Shown: one piece after another, positions 26,087 to 38,344 of the stretch | Layout of the letters: the number at the start of each line of letters is the position of its first letter | Position numbering within the stretch: the first letter of the stretch is position 1 | Origin: Octopus bimaculoides | Taxonomy: Eukaryota | Reading direction: 5' to 3' | DNA: 45,634 nt | NCBI RefSeq assembly: GCF_001194135.2 | Contig: NC_068984.1 | Coordinates: forward strand, 12,870,472 to 12,916,105 | Position numbers and translations under genes: made by a program | The notes under the pieces: generated by a model | What the model was told of the DNA's origin: nothing | Databases searched by the model: none | Seen by the model: the letters and a program-made list of their open reading frames with translations, nothing else

Positions 26087-26450
26087 AAAGAAACAGAGAG
26101 CCTAATTGTAGCAGTCCAAGATCAAGTGATAGAAACAAACAACTTGAGAAAAAATATGTATGAAGTGAATGTGGTCAGAAAATATAGAGCCTGGAGAACT
26201 TGGAACGAGACAATGGCACACATTGTGGAAGAATGCCCGAAAAAGATAAGAAATGTAAGAACATAAGAAATAGAGACATGTCTAGGTTGTAAAATTTTTA
26301 CACTGGAAACAGTGCCAAAATGAGGATTTGAAGCTGGAAACACATGGCGCAATCATCGAGTCGAAAGATTACTAGAGTCGGAGAAATGTAAGATTTTGTA
26401 GGACTTTCCTATTCAAACGGACAAGAAGTTAGAAAGCAATAGACATAATA
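26087..26450 (+). mobile_element. R4/Dong-clade RLE LINE internal fragment
   Basis: KETESLIVAVQDQVIETN...NETMAHIVEECP, then GFEAGNTWRNHRVERLLESEKCKIL*DFPIQTDKKLESNR, matching the R4/Dong pattern KETEGLIxAAQDQ...ETxxHIxSGC...KILWDFxIQTD. Confidence 0.85.
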
Positions 26451-26459
26451 TAACGATTA

Positions 26460-27151
26460 TATTGGCAGTTCTTCCGTGCGGCCTTACCAGTTCGTGATAA
26501 ACTGCCAAGGCACGGAAGTGCCGTCTCACCGACATATCCATGATACGAGCAGGATACGGAAACCGTCTTGCACGCATTCGTGGAATGTCCGGAATTATGG
26601 GGACTGATACTTTTTACCGAACAACTGTTGTCATCGATGGGAAGAGTACCGCTATCAGCTGGGTTCATCATAGAGATTGTTCCGCCTCCTTACTTTAGCG
26701 GGGAGAGGAAGGCCTGTTTTCTCTGCGTGGTGGCCATATTGAAAGAAACAGCATGGAAGATGCGGTTGAAAGGGATTGTGATGAGTACCTTCTTATCTGG
26801 CCAGGGGTTGGTCAACTTTTTTAGTTACCACCTCAGCAGTAAGATCAGGCTGGTGAAGAGGTACCTGTCACGTGAAAAATTCAGAAAAAGATGGAAGCTT
26901 GTGGAGAGAAAGCTGGGAATAACTGGCACCGAGTGAGCGGAGCCACGGTAAAGAAGCAAAGGTACTACTCTAGTGTAGGATGCCTTCCCTGCGTTAAACA
27001 TTGCTTTTAGCAATATATTCATTTTTAATCCCATCTGTATGATAATCATTGTAAATTTTTAATCGTTTAAAGCTACTTCACCCTTTTTATGTTTGTCTGT
27101 CCTTGTCCGTCCACTCTATGTACTGCCTTATGACAAATATTATGAAATAAA
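26460..27151 (+). mobile_element. L1/Tx1-clade LINE 3' end (zf-RVT-like CCHC remnant, 3' UTR, AATAAA)
   Basis: WQFFRAALPVRDKL...PTYP*YEQDTETVLHAFVECP...KFRKRWK*; ORF 26568-26936; AATAAA at 27146-27151. Confidence 0.85.
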
Positions 27152-27289
27152 GTAGCTTGCTTATCAACCACATAGTTCCGGGTTCAATCCCACTGCGTGG
27201 CACCATGGGCAAGTGTCTTCTACTATAACCTCAGGCCGACCAAAGCCTTGTGAGTGGATTTGGTAGACAGAAGCTGAAAGAAGCCTGTC

Positions 27290-27325
<36 letters not shown>

Positions 27326-27585
27326 GTATATATGTATGTGTTTGTGTGTGTGTGTGTATTTGTGTCTGTGTTTGTCCCCCCACCATCGCTTGACAATCAG
27401 ACAATCGATGTTGGTGTGTTTATGTCGCCGTAACATAGCGGTTCGGTAAAAGGAACCGATAGAACAAGTTCTAGGCTTACAAAGGATAAGTCCTGGGGTC
27501 GATTTGTTCGACTAAAAGACGGTGCTCCAGTATGGCCGCATTCAAATGACTGAAACAAATAAAAGAGTAAAAGAATAAAGAAATG
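27150..27585 (+). mobile_element. SINE family A lacking its first ~18 nt
   Basis: Begins at aagtagcttgc; otherwise collinear with the other copies. Confidence 0.9.
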
Positions 27586-28660
27586 CACGTCAATACAAAC
27601 ATCCAATCACCAGCGAGGATGGCCAACAATTGTGCAGTGAAAACTTCGCACCATACTTCAATACCGTGTAGTCACATTCACACATAATATTCTTTCATTC
27701 ATGCATACACGCTAACTCACACGTTGAAACACACTCGTCCACATACGTGCCAACAAAACTATATAATTCTAACCTTGTACATACGCGTTCACAATCTATC
27801 CCTTGTTGACCTGTGTCCCGTCATCCTGTCAATTGGATCCGTGAAACGGAAGAATTCCCCTTATCGGATTTTGCTATCTATAAACATATACACTCTACAT
27901 GACCGAGTATTGAGTCATTATTCAAGTCTTACCACATCTATATTACGTCTATTATACTCCCCCCATATACACTTTATTATTCCCTTTTAATATCTGTTGT
28001 AATGTACGGCAAAATTCTGCTATAGATGGTAGTATCTCACTGGTAAAAATAAACAAAAGCATCCTAAAAATTGTTAAAGACAGTGTAAAAATATCAGAAA
28101 ATGGTTTTTACCATAGATTGACAGTATCCTAAATTATTGATCAAAGACAATAAGCTCTACTTGGAAACAAATGCCGGAACGAATCCATAATTCCCATGTC
28201 TTGTGTAATTGGATTGCACTGAGTTGCACTGTAATGCCTCGAAATCGAAGAATTTCAACGTGGAAAAACAAACAACCAAAAGAGCAAGGCCAAAACGACA
28301 GGTCAATCAGTTTCTTCTGAGATTTTTTTATGAGAATGTTCTTTTGGTGCATAAAAATATACGCTGACCGGATCGACATGTGGAATGTGTTTCACAGTAC
28401 TTGACGAAGCTAATTAAATTTTAATAGATAACAGTTTTAGAAATATAAAAAAAAGAAACTTTTTATCGAGCTTTTCATGACGCTTAGAAACATAAATATA
28501 AAAATACGACGTACACTGATTGGAATATACATGAATATAGATAAATGGATGAATCTGCTGAAACTGATGGTTGACAAATATAGTTAGAAACATTTGGTGT
28601 AAAGAATTAGAAAACGACCCACTGGAATGTAATAGAACGAGGATTTCTAATGCATTTTCT

Positions 28661-29047
28661 CGCAGGAGTGTCTGTGTGGTAAGTAGCTTGCTTACCAACC
28701 ACATAGTTCCGGGTTCAGTCCCACTGCGTGGCACCTTGGGCAAGTGTCTTCTACTATAGCCTAGGACCGACCAAAGCCTTGTGAGTGGATTTGGTAGACG
28801 GAAACTGAAAGAAGCCCCGTCGTATATATGTATATGTGTGTTTCTGTGTCTGTGTTTGTCCCCCCCAACATCGCTTGACAACCGATGCTGATGTGTTTAC
28901 GTCCCCGTAACTTAGCGGTTCGGCAAAAGAGACCGATAGAATAAGTACTAGGCTTACAAAGAATAAGTCCTGGGGTCGATTTGCTCGACTAAAGGCGGTG
29001 CTCCAGCATGGCCGCAGTCAAATGACTGAAACAAGTAAATGAGTAAA
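28661..29047 (+). mobile_element. SINE family A, full length
   Basis: tRNA-like head gcaggagtgtctgtgtggtaagtagc...gggttcagtccc; tail gaaacaagtaaatgagtaa. Confidence 0.92.
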
Positions 29048-30895
29048 TGAATGAGCGAGCTATTAAACACTGATCATAATTGTTAAAAATCGAAGTCAGA
29101 GTAAACTAGTGATAGTTTGCGACATTAGTTAAACTGATTTAGAAAATGTACAAAACTGGATAAGTTCATATGCAGTCGGATGTCTCCGAGGAAGGTTCAA
29201 AAGGTTATGAGCTTTGCCTTTCTTGGAATTTTAATATTGTATCATTGTTGTCTCCAAATGAACTTTCAAATATAATGCATGACAGAAGTGAATACAGGAA
29301 TATTTGTAAAAAGAAATTTCGAAACTAACAAATAAAAACCAGTAAATATTTAAAAAGTAACAAAACTGTCGATTTGTTGAAAGATATTTTGAAGATGAAC
29401 TAATAAACGTAATCTAAATAGTAAATATTAATAAGGTAATTACTACAATGTTGAAGAAACGTAATAAACACATCGTGTATACACAGGAAGTTAAAAGCTG
29501 AAAGCTATAAGAACGATAACTCTTGGAACGAATAAGATTCTGGTAAAAATAATCCTAAGTTCTGTTTGAAATAGAAACAAAATTAAAGAAAATTCGGTAA
29601 AAAATCTTGACCAACACCGAAGTCAGCCCTTGTCTAAATCTCTATGATCAAAGTCGTTCCAGTCACGATCATCCCTATTTTTATATATTCAAGGTTGCTT
29701 TATGTAATGTATCCTTCATTATTAAGGCAGTAGAAGTTTGAACATCCTTTTCTTACGTGTCCTACAATGTCCTCTAAATACATCTATAGAAGACTTCATC
29801 ACTCCAAGTGAAAGACTGGCTGTATTTGTACAATGCTTCTGCGTCTACAGGATTGACTCGCATACAGAGAGAACTCGTAGTTATGTAAAATGGATCATTG
29901 CAAAATTTGAACTCGTTGCTATGCCGGTGACACAAGTCAAATAGAAGAAATTTCAATTGGCTGATTGTTGCCTTATAGATTCGCCAAGTGCAGCTTTCAG
30001 AACGTAAACTATATACATTCAGAGAGTTCTTCATTCTTTTCCAAATATCTTCACAAACATAAAATGGATTGAATGTGAGGAAAAATTTAATATATTTCTA
30101 TTATTTAGTAATTCTTATGACAATTTCGTTTTAGTGTGCGGGAAATAGAGCGTCAGCTGAAGGTCGCGAATAACAAAGAAATTATAGCATAAATCAATAC
30201 CTGTAATCAATGAATGGAGCCGAAGACTTTACGAAGAAAATCTCACTGCGAAGAACCTTTTAAAAATGTGTGCCATATTAGACAAAAGCTTTCAAAACAA
30301 ACACGGAATTTTCACGTATATGAAATTACATTACAGCTACATGTTGGTAATCAGAATTCTGCAGAACTTACTGGTGAATAAATAGAGCATATTTTGTTAG
30401 TAAGTAACATTTAAAAAAATTGAGATCAGTTTCAGCAAGAGAGAGAGAGAGAGAAGGAAAAAGAGAGATAGAGTGAGAGAGAGAGTGAGAGTGAGAGAGA
30501 GAGAGAGAGAGTGAGAGAGATAGAGAGGTGATTGTAGGTAGTGGATCTCCGCCGCTTGACGAGGGAAATTTTGTTCCTCTATCAAATGAATAATTTACTC
30601 CTCAATTAGCGTGCATTTTGAGCATTCCTTGACACGTGTACCCTGAATGTAATTCTGGGAGCAGAATCAGCCTGAAAATCACTGACAAGGCTCTACCTTT
30701 TGCACTGCAGTACAATCTACTCAAAGAGATTCAATATGGCTTTCGTCCGCTCATTTTCATTCACAATATTTGGGTCGACCCGAAACTACAGAAAATGACT
30801 TTTGTCCAAGATGCCACGCAGTGAGATCAAACCAGAGACTGCACTTACAGATATACGATTAATATCAATGTAAAAACATATGCATTGTATATATT

Positions 30896-31108
30896 CTTTT
30901 CTACTCTAGGCACAAGGCCCGAAATTTTGGGGGAGGGGGCCAGTCGATTAGATCGACCCCAGTATGCAACTGGTATTTAATTTATCGACCCCGAAAGGAT
31001 GTAAGGTAAAGTCGACCTCGGCGGAATTTGAACTCAGAACGTAACGACGGGCGAAATACCGCTAAGCGTTTCGCCCGGCGTGCTCACGTTTCTGTCAGCA
31101 CGTTGCCT
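30896..31108 (-). mobile_element. SINE family B with a 17-bp TSD
   Basis: Perfect TSD tatgcattgtatatatt at 30879-30895 and 31109-31125. Confidence 0.92.
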
Positions 31109-32627
31109 TATGCATTGTATATATTGGCTCGCCAGCTGTCGGTTGAAGCATAACTTAGCTTATGTGATATGACACAGTATCGTTCTACCAAGCTTGATGG
31201 CAGTACAATCCCTACGAAACATAGAACCGAGAGACATAACTTTTGTACACAGATTTCACCAGGAATCAAGTACAGTAGTAGATCTGCACCATCTTAGGGA
31301 TGTCAAAGTATTATAGTAGAAATAAATCAACGATCAGCTGATTTACATCGTAGTTCTAGGAAATAACGCCATTTTAAAACCATACAAGGTCAGAATATGT
31401 TTATGGATTAAGAAGGGAGAACGTACCAGAAAAATATAAATTGTTTTTAATATCATAAGATCTGTGTTATGTGTAAGAGAAAGAAACTATTAAATATGTA
31501 CGTTCTGTACAACTTCATTGCTCTTTGATTTAGAATTGAAATTTTTAATCTTGTCATGGTTGATCTAGAATTGATTATCTCCCCCTTAAAATAACTAACC
31601 GCCAGGGTATACTACGCATGTGATAAAGTATATTATATTCCTGTGAAAACAGGAAGAATGATAAAGGTCCACAATTGCAAACAAATGTCAACCTTAGAAA
31701 CGTACCTGGAACAATGGTTTCCATTGCTGTGAAGTGGCCAGTAATCAACATGTTGTGATATCCGTTCACCCAAAGAGCATTGGGTGAGGAGAGTCCTCAA
31801 AACAGTGCCATTCTGAGCGAAACCGCATCCTCGTTCCCAGGTGACACTCATTCAATCAAGTCCTCCGGCACAGTCTTTTGTCACGTTACCACCAGCCTAT
31901 TTATCTTTCGACTTCAACATTCAACCATTCATTCTACGATTGTTTTTGCCGGTTTCTTTAACGGTAAACGCAACACGTGGCCTAACAGATTTCCAAGTCT
32001 TTCTGTTTTGCAGTTTACTTGGGCCAGCTCATCTCACGATTTCATCGTTTTATATTTCTAAGGTAGTGACAATGAAAAACATTCACCTGCAAAGTAACCG
32101 GGAAACAGGGTATTACTTATAGAAATAATTGAATGAACCTACCAAGAAACTTTTATAGAAGGCATTAACTTGAAATGTGAAGAGGTTGTATTTATGCTTA
32201 ACGTCACAAAATATTAATGAAGTAAGAGAACAATGCTGTACCTGAATTAATACTAAGGAAAGGCATCAATGTAATTGATATAAAATATGTAATTTACCCA
32301 ACTGTCCACTTTATAACGGAAGAAGTTAGCATTGAAATCAATGAACACACAACAATAGAAACAGCGTAGAATGAAAAACAACAAAAGAACAACCAAACAA
32401 AATATCATTGATATCAACAAAGAAAAATATATAGTAATATATGAAATTGAAAATAAATGACTTAAAAGAAAAAAAAGTTATTAAGAAAGAAAATAAATGA
32501 ACGGTATAGAAAAATATAAAAATTGATTTCTTTTAATATCGAAATATTCAAGAAACAAAAGAGAATTTTAATTAGAAGGTAAATTTGAAAAAGCAGAGAA
32601 CAAAGAGGTTTGAAAAAAAAAACTGAA

Positions 32628-32631
32628 TAAC

Positions 32632-32693
<62 letters not shown>

Positions 32694-32755
32694 TGATGAT
32701 AATAATAATGATAATAATAATAATAATAATAATAATGATAATAATAATAATAATA

Positions 32756-32790
<35 letters not shown>

Positions 32791-32805
32791 GATAATAATA
32801 ATATA

Positions 32806-32900
<95 letters not shown>

Positions 32901-32917
32901 TGATGATAATAATAATG

Positions 32918-32957
<40 letters not shown>

Positions 32958-32974
32958 TAATAATAATAATAATA

Positions 32975-33009
<35 letters not shown>

Positions 33010-33024
33010 GATAATAATAATATA

Positions 33025-33100
<76 letters not shown>
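32628..33100. repeat. Long (AAT)n array with an internal ~219-bp higher-order duplication
   Basis: Marker variants gatgatgat, gatagt (32761 and 32980) and atataa recur in the same order. Confidence 0.95.
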
Positions 33101-33975
33101 GCAGCAACAAAGCCAACCAAGAAAAATAGAATGTTTTGATAAGATAAAAAGAAAACTATATAATAAATTAAAAAGAAAATTTTGCAACGAAATTTATGGA
33201 AAAAAAAATATTTAAGACATCTGGGGGAAGATTTGAGAAAAGAAAGTGTAACTACAAAGCAAAAACAAAATAAACTAATAGTAATGAAAGAAATGACAGA
33301 CAAAGCATCTCATAAACTACAAAAACCTCATATTTCAGTGATGAAGGTCCTGATTGGAAAAGAAAAAGAAAATGGAGAGACAACTTGAAGCTATTAAAAA
33401 AATGGGACACTTTCCAAATACATTTTACCTAAAGTTAAAATAAAATTTGATATGAAAATACAAAATAAAAATCTACACAGCTCATCTCAGATAATGACTG
33501 GAATCGCTAATCAACTACAATAACAAAAAAATTAATTAAGGACTTAACACTCTTCCTTCAGGAGCTCAATGGTAAGAGATAATAATAATGCAACGTTTAG
33601 CATAGTTTTTGTAGGGCTGTGAAGGACTATTGAAAGACATCAGATGGGTTTCACGGAAAGCTTCACATGGAAATCATAAGGGGGTTCATATGCCCCTAAA
33701 GGACCAGTAAGGTAATCTCTACATGCAAGCTTTACATACAGTAGTAACCAAATCTCCCTCAAAGTACGTCGTATGTTTCTAAAACAGGAAAGGCTTAGAT
33801 AATATTGTCATAGAAACATTCAACAGAAAACGAACTGGTCACGACTGGAATACTGTTAATCGTAGGTGTAGCATCATCAGGAATATCCTGATACAAAACA
33901 GAAGCAGCAGGAACGACAACAGTATCAACGACTATAATATTTGAAACTAGTCAAGGAATCGAGAAAGTATCTACA

Positions 33976-34391
33976 CAGGCGCAGGCGTGGCTGTGTGGTA
34001 AGTAGCTTGCTGAACAACCACATGGTTCCGGGTTCAGACCCACTGCGTGGCACCTTAGGCAAGTGTCTTCTACTATAGCCTCGGGCCGACCAAAGCCTTG
34101 TGAGTGGATTTGGTAAACGGAAACTGAAAGAAGCCCGTCGTATATATGTATATACATATGTATGTGTGTGTATATGTTTGTGTGTTTGTGTTTGTCCCCC
34201 CAACGTCGCTTGACAACCGATGTTGGTGTGCTTACGTCCCCGTAACTTAGCGGTTCAGCAAAAGAGACCGATAGAATAAGTACTAGGCTTACAAAGAATA
34301 AGTCCTGGGTCGATTTGCTCGACTAAAGGCGGTGCTCCAGCATGGCCACAGTCAACTGACTGAAACAAGTAAAAGAGTAAAAGAGTAAAAG
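33976..34391 (+). mobile_element. SINE family A, full length
   Basis: Collinear; tail (aaagagt)n. Confidence 0.92.
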
Positions 34392-35395
34392 AGTCGCTCG
34401 ACCTGCTGGAAATATTAGGCTGTGCTTCCTGAAATAACACCAACTCTCTTAAAGGAAGGATACGATATCTGTAAGACGATTCAAACTCGTTGAGTCAGAA
34501 CTGAGAGAGGTTTAGACACCAACACAACAGCAATGTAAAAACATGTAATTAGTGATACAAATGACTATAGACATTACAGGGAATAGTTATAGTAACTTTC
34601 TCTATAATATATAAAGCTCAAAATAGCACAGCTTTCTCATGCGTCATGAAGTAAATCAATGGATTAAGTAAAAAACCCATTCACATTGTTTGTATGATTC
34701 ATGTAGCTAAATAAAACATATATTTCAGAAAACAAATGCATCGAGCTTTCTAAGAGATATGAGAGAACACAGTGTTAAACTTGTAGATTGTGTCATATGG
34801 AAACTTAGGTATATGTATGGAATCAAAATAGCTTTTTTAAACGTGCTAAAGTATGGTCGAAGGATAGGAATATGAATAAACTTTGAATGTTCTGCAAAAT
34901 TCCTCGAACATCGTACCATAATCAGATAACTGACAAAAAAATTTACATCAGTTGTATGATGTTGAATGATTTTCAGATAACCTCTTTTTCTGGGCGTCCT
35001 GCTGTCATAAATTATCTCCTACATCTGCAGATTCTATTCTTTAGTGTTCTGCTCAGCAAGAATAACTTGACATGTTCCAGTCGATTGAGGCGACATGAGC
35101 AAAATAGTTAGGAGTGGATGATGTTATCTAATTAGCTGAGAAGATATGGCTTTAAAAGATGATTACATGGTTGAGGAATTGGTTGGCCGTTCTTACATTT
35201 CTACATGGGATGAAATCATTCCTGGTTCTTGAATGTGTCTCGTAGCTCCTGTAGTTTTATACACTAATACTTGATTTTTACTCTCATATATTAGCTCATT
35301 TTTTTAGTCCCATAGCACGCAATAAGCAAAAGAATCCCCACAAATAAAACAAAGCAAAAAAAAAAAAGAAACTGCGACAAAAAAACAAAAAAAAA

Positions 35396-35663
35396 CAGGC
35401 GCAGGAGTGGCTGAAAGAAGCCCGTCGTATATATATATGTGTATGTGTGTGTATATGTTTGTGTGTCTGTGTTTGTCCCCTCAACATCGCTTGACAACCG
35501 ATGGTGGTGTGTTTACGTCCCCGTAACCTGGCGGTTCGGCAAAAGAGACCGATAGAATAAATACTAGGCTTCCAAAGAATAAGTCCTGGGGTCGATTTGA
35601 TCGACTAAAGGCGGCGCTCCAGCATGGCCGCAGTCAAATGACTGAAGCAAGTAAAAGAGTAAA
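35396..35663 (+). mobile_element. SINE family A with a 133-bp internal deletion
   Basis: ggagtggCTGaaagaagccc joins the head start directly to the body. Confidence 0.9.
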
Positions 35664-36089
35664 GGTTTAGACAACAACATGCAACGCATGCTGTTAAAGT
35701 CTCTTCAAACCACTTTCTTCACTCTTGCTTAATGCATAGAAAACAAAATGACAATATCTTAGCAATATCTTACGTAAGATTTCGTTATTCATATTTATTC
35801 TTAATGAAGGATGTTTTGGAGTTAGCTCACAGCAACAACGGTAACAACAATAGCAGGAAACACGACAATATTACAGACATAAAAGAACATTTGTTGTAAT
35901 AGAAATTTCTTAGTAGCAACAACATTCTTACTGCTTTACCATGTATTTGATAGCTGACTAGCTCCAATTCTACAGGTAGTTGACTAAAACCCACCTCAGG
36001 AGATAATTAACATGCTCCGCTCCATCAGAAAAATGACAAGCTTCACTTCAACAGGTGACCTACTATTAGGGTAGGAAGATCTCAACAGA

Positions 36090-36250
36090 TACATAGTGCT
36101 GTGAAATTTTGGTACAAGACCAGTATGTTTGATAAGAGACGGCAATTCGATTATATCGATCCTAGTATTTGATTGGTACATATTTTATTAAACCCCGAAA
36201 GGATGAAAGACAAAGCTAACATCGTTCGAATTTGAAGTCTGAATGTATTG
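36090..36250 (-). mobile_element. Degenerate SINE family B
   Basis: cgatcctagtatttgattggtaca...ccccgaaaggatgaaagacaaagc...aatttgaagtctgaatgt. Confidence 0.65.
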
Positions 36251-36304
36251 TAACGTAATTTGTTATGTACAATAAATAAGATAACGAGACAACAATAAAA
36301 ACAG

Positions 36305-36662
36305 TGTAACGAACTAACAAATCTCTTTACGAACCAACAATTAATATTCTTTGTGAACTAGCCAACCGACACCTTCCGACTTCACCGCCAACTAACACGA
36401 ATTTTATTCGACTCCGAACTCTGAGCTCTTAAACTCATTCGGATCGTTACTATTTATACTTTACTCGGGCCAGTCTATCTCTCGCAAGGTGGCGTCGTAA
36501 CTCTCCTCACAAGAGAATGTAAAGAAGCAGAAGAAATGCCGTTGAGCATTTTGTCCGGTGTGCTAAAGGTTCTGCTAGCTTGCCGCCTTAGTTTTCAGCA
36601 AATGCAATCGAGCTCATCGAATTCTATACCTATGCGTATTTTAGTGCTTGATACTTATTACA
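36305..36662 (-). mobile_element. Probable solo LTR, 358 bp
   Basis: Termini TGTAAC...ATTACA; flanks acag/tcag (4-bp TSD with one mismatch); minus strand has a TATA-like gtataaata followed by AATAAA. Confidence 0.55.
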
Positions 36663-36689
36663 TCAGTATGTTTTGCAGAATCGCAAAGC

Positions 36690-36789
36690 TACAGGTCGTT
36701 AACAAACCAATATCGGTTGTCAAACTGTGGTTGGACTGATAAACAGAGACAGAAAGAGGCACACATATAGCCATACATACACGTATATG

Positions 36790-36837
<48 letters not shown>

Positions 36838-36980
36838 AGGTTCCAAACGGTTTCTATCTACCTAAATCATGACAAGGCATTGGCATTCCTGGGACTACAA
36901 TAAAAGATACTCGCCCAAGTTGCCGCCTAGTAGGACTGAACCCGAAATCCCATGGTACAAGATAAACTTATCTACTCCTA
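36690..36980 (-). mobile_element. Diverged partial SINE family A
   Basis: accaatatcggttgtcaaac...ggactgaacccgaaatcccatggt. Confidence 0.65.
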
Positions 36981-37003
36981 CAGATGACTAACAAATTTCA
37001 CTT

Positions 37004-37053
37004 AGTCTTACAGCTGTTTCTTGGTTATTAGGGATATTTCTTCATCAGAAACG
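37004..37053 (-). ncRNA. Minimal type I hammerhead ribozyme motif, decayed stem II
   Basis: Minus strand: cgttt CUGAUGA a gaaauau cccua auaacca a GAAAC AGCU GUA agacu. Confidence 0.65.
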
Positions 37054-37092
37054 ATGTGAGGTGGTTAAATAGAGGGAAATAGTACAACCATA

Positions 37093-37450
37093 TATATAGG
37101 GTCAACTACATATATAGGGTCGACTATAAATTTTAAAGAGCAATACGCTGCGCATCTCGATTCTTTTAGATATGAGAAACAGTAAATCCACAACTCTCAC
37201 CAGTCACAAATATCATCTCAAAAATAGAAATATTCCATACATCTTGTCATAGTCCATAATAGATTCAAGGCTTCCATACCAGGGTCAACTCTCAGCCTGT
37301 AAGTTATGCTTAAGAGAGGCATTCCACATATTAAAACACAACTCTTCAATACTAGTAAATAAATATGAGGCCCTAGGTACATGCAAACACCGCTTTTTCA
37401 TACCTTCAAATTTTACCACAAATCTAAATGCAGCCTAAATCACCACATAG
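37093..37450 (+). mobile_element. Penelope-like element GIY-YIG endonuclease C-terminal remnant
   Basis: YIGSTTYIGSTINFKEQYAAHLDSFRYEK / KSTTLTSHKYHLKNRNIPYILS*SIIDSRLPYQGQLSACKLCLREAFHILKHNSSILVNKYEALGTCKHR; frameshift and stops. Confidence 0.85.
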
Positions 37451-37535
37451 TATATATCCCGAACACCCCTTAGCTAATCTCCAGCAACCCTATTTAACTT
37501 TCCATTGTCTCCAATTGTAATTGTTTAATAATACA

Positions 37536-38012
37536 TATATGGACATGGTGAGGCGCAAGCGAAGCCCTTTTTTTTGAAAAATTTACTCCTAGATCAAGAC
37601 TGTATAACTGTAGATTTGATCTTGACACACTACACGTGGGTAAAAAAGAAAGGTGTGTATTCTACTTTGCAGTATATTTCTGCGAGTGTGGATGGATATT
37701 GGTTGAGCGAAGTCGCAGCTCGTTCACATATTCATGAACACTCGTGAATATATGCTACGTAATACCGGCGCCGATGAAGGCAATAGGTAATATTTTTTTA
37801 CTTTAAGCTGTAAACAGGAGCTTGCAAGCGGTTAACCGAAAGTTCTAGTTCATTTTCTTTCTTTTGCTAGCCTATCATGTGGTGTGTTTATTCTCGGAGA
37901 TTTTATGGTCGTAATAGTGTGTTTTGACGTCTATTTTTCAGTGCGTGGTGAGACGCAAGCCAAGCCCTTGTTATAATTATGTATATAATTATAAAATATT
38001 TATATGGACATG
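37536..38012. other. Unclassified ~450-bp segment between 12-bp direct repeats, with internal 24-bp direct repeats
   Basis: tatatggacatg at 37536-37547 and 38001-38012; tggtgag(g/a)cgcaagc(g/c)aagccctt at 37546-37569 and 37946-37969. Confidence 0.45.
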
Positions 38013-38344
38013 CTTACATATATGCGTGCATGCATATGGATAATTATATATATNNNNNNNNNNGTGTATAATAATGTATGTATGTGTATGTGTGTATGCA
38101 TATATCTTTGGGTGTGTGTGTGTGTGTGTGCATATATATATATATATATATGCATATATGCGTATGGGTTTAAGTAAATGAGTAAGCGGGCCTACATAAT
38201 TATGCATATACACACGTATACATGTGTGTGCGCGCATGTGCGTATATCAATACACACTTCTCTCTCTCTCTCTGTCTCTCTCTCTCTGTCTCTCTCTCTC
38301 TCTGAGTCCCCATTCCCCTCTATTACATTAGCTAGTACAGTAAA

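Noticed and set aside
29774-30034. Complex-looking minus-strand 86-aa ORF
   Set aside because: No recognisable domain and no convincing splice sites.
31706-31795. Possible 90-bp minus-strand exon (GLSSPNALWVNGYHNMLITGHFTAMETIVP) with a good cag|gtacgt donor
   Set aside because: Weak acceptor and unrecognised peptide; it would need RNA-seq support.
32280-33560. A-rich tract that might be a decayed LINE/PLE N-terminal region
   Set aside because: No diagnostic motif could be recovered in any frame.
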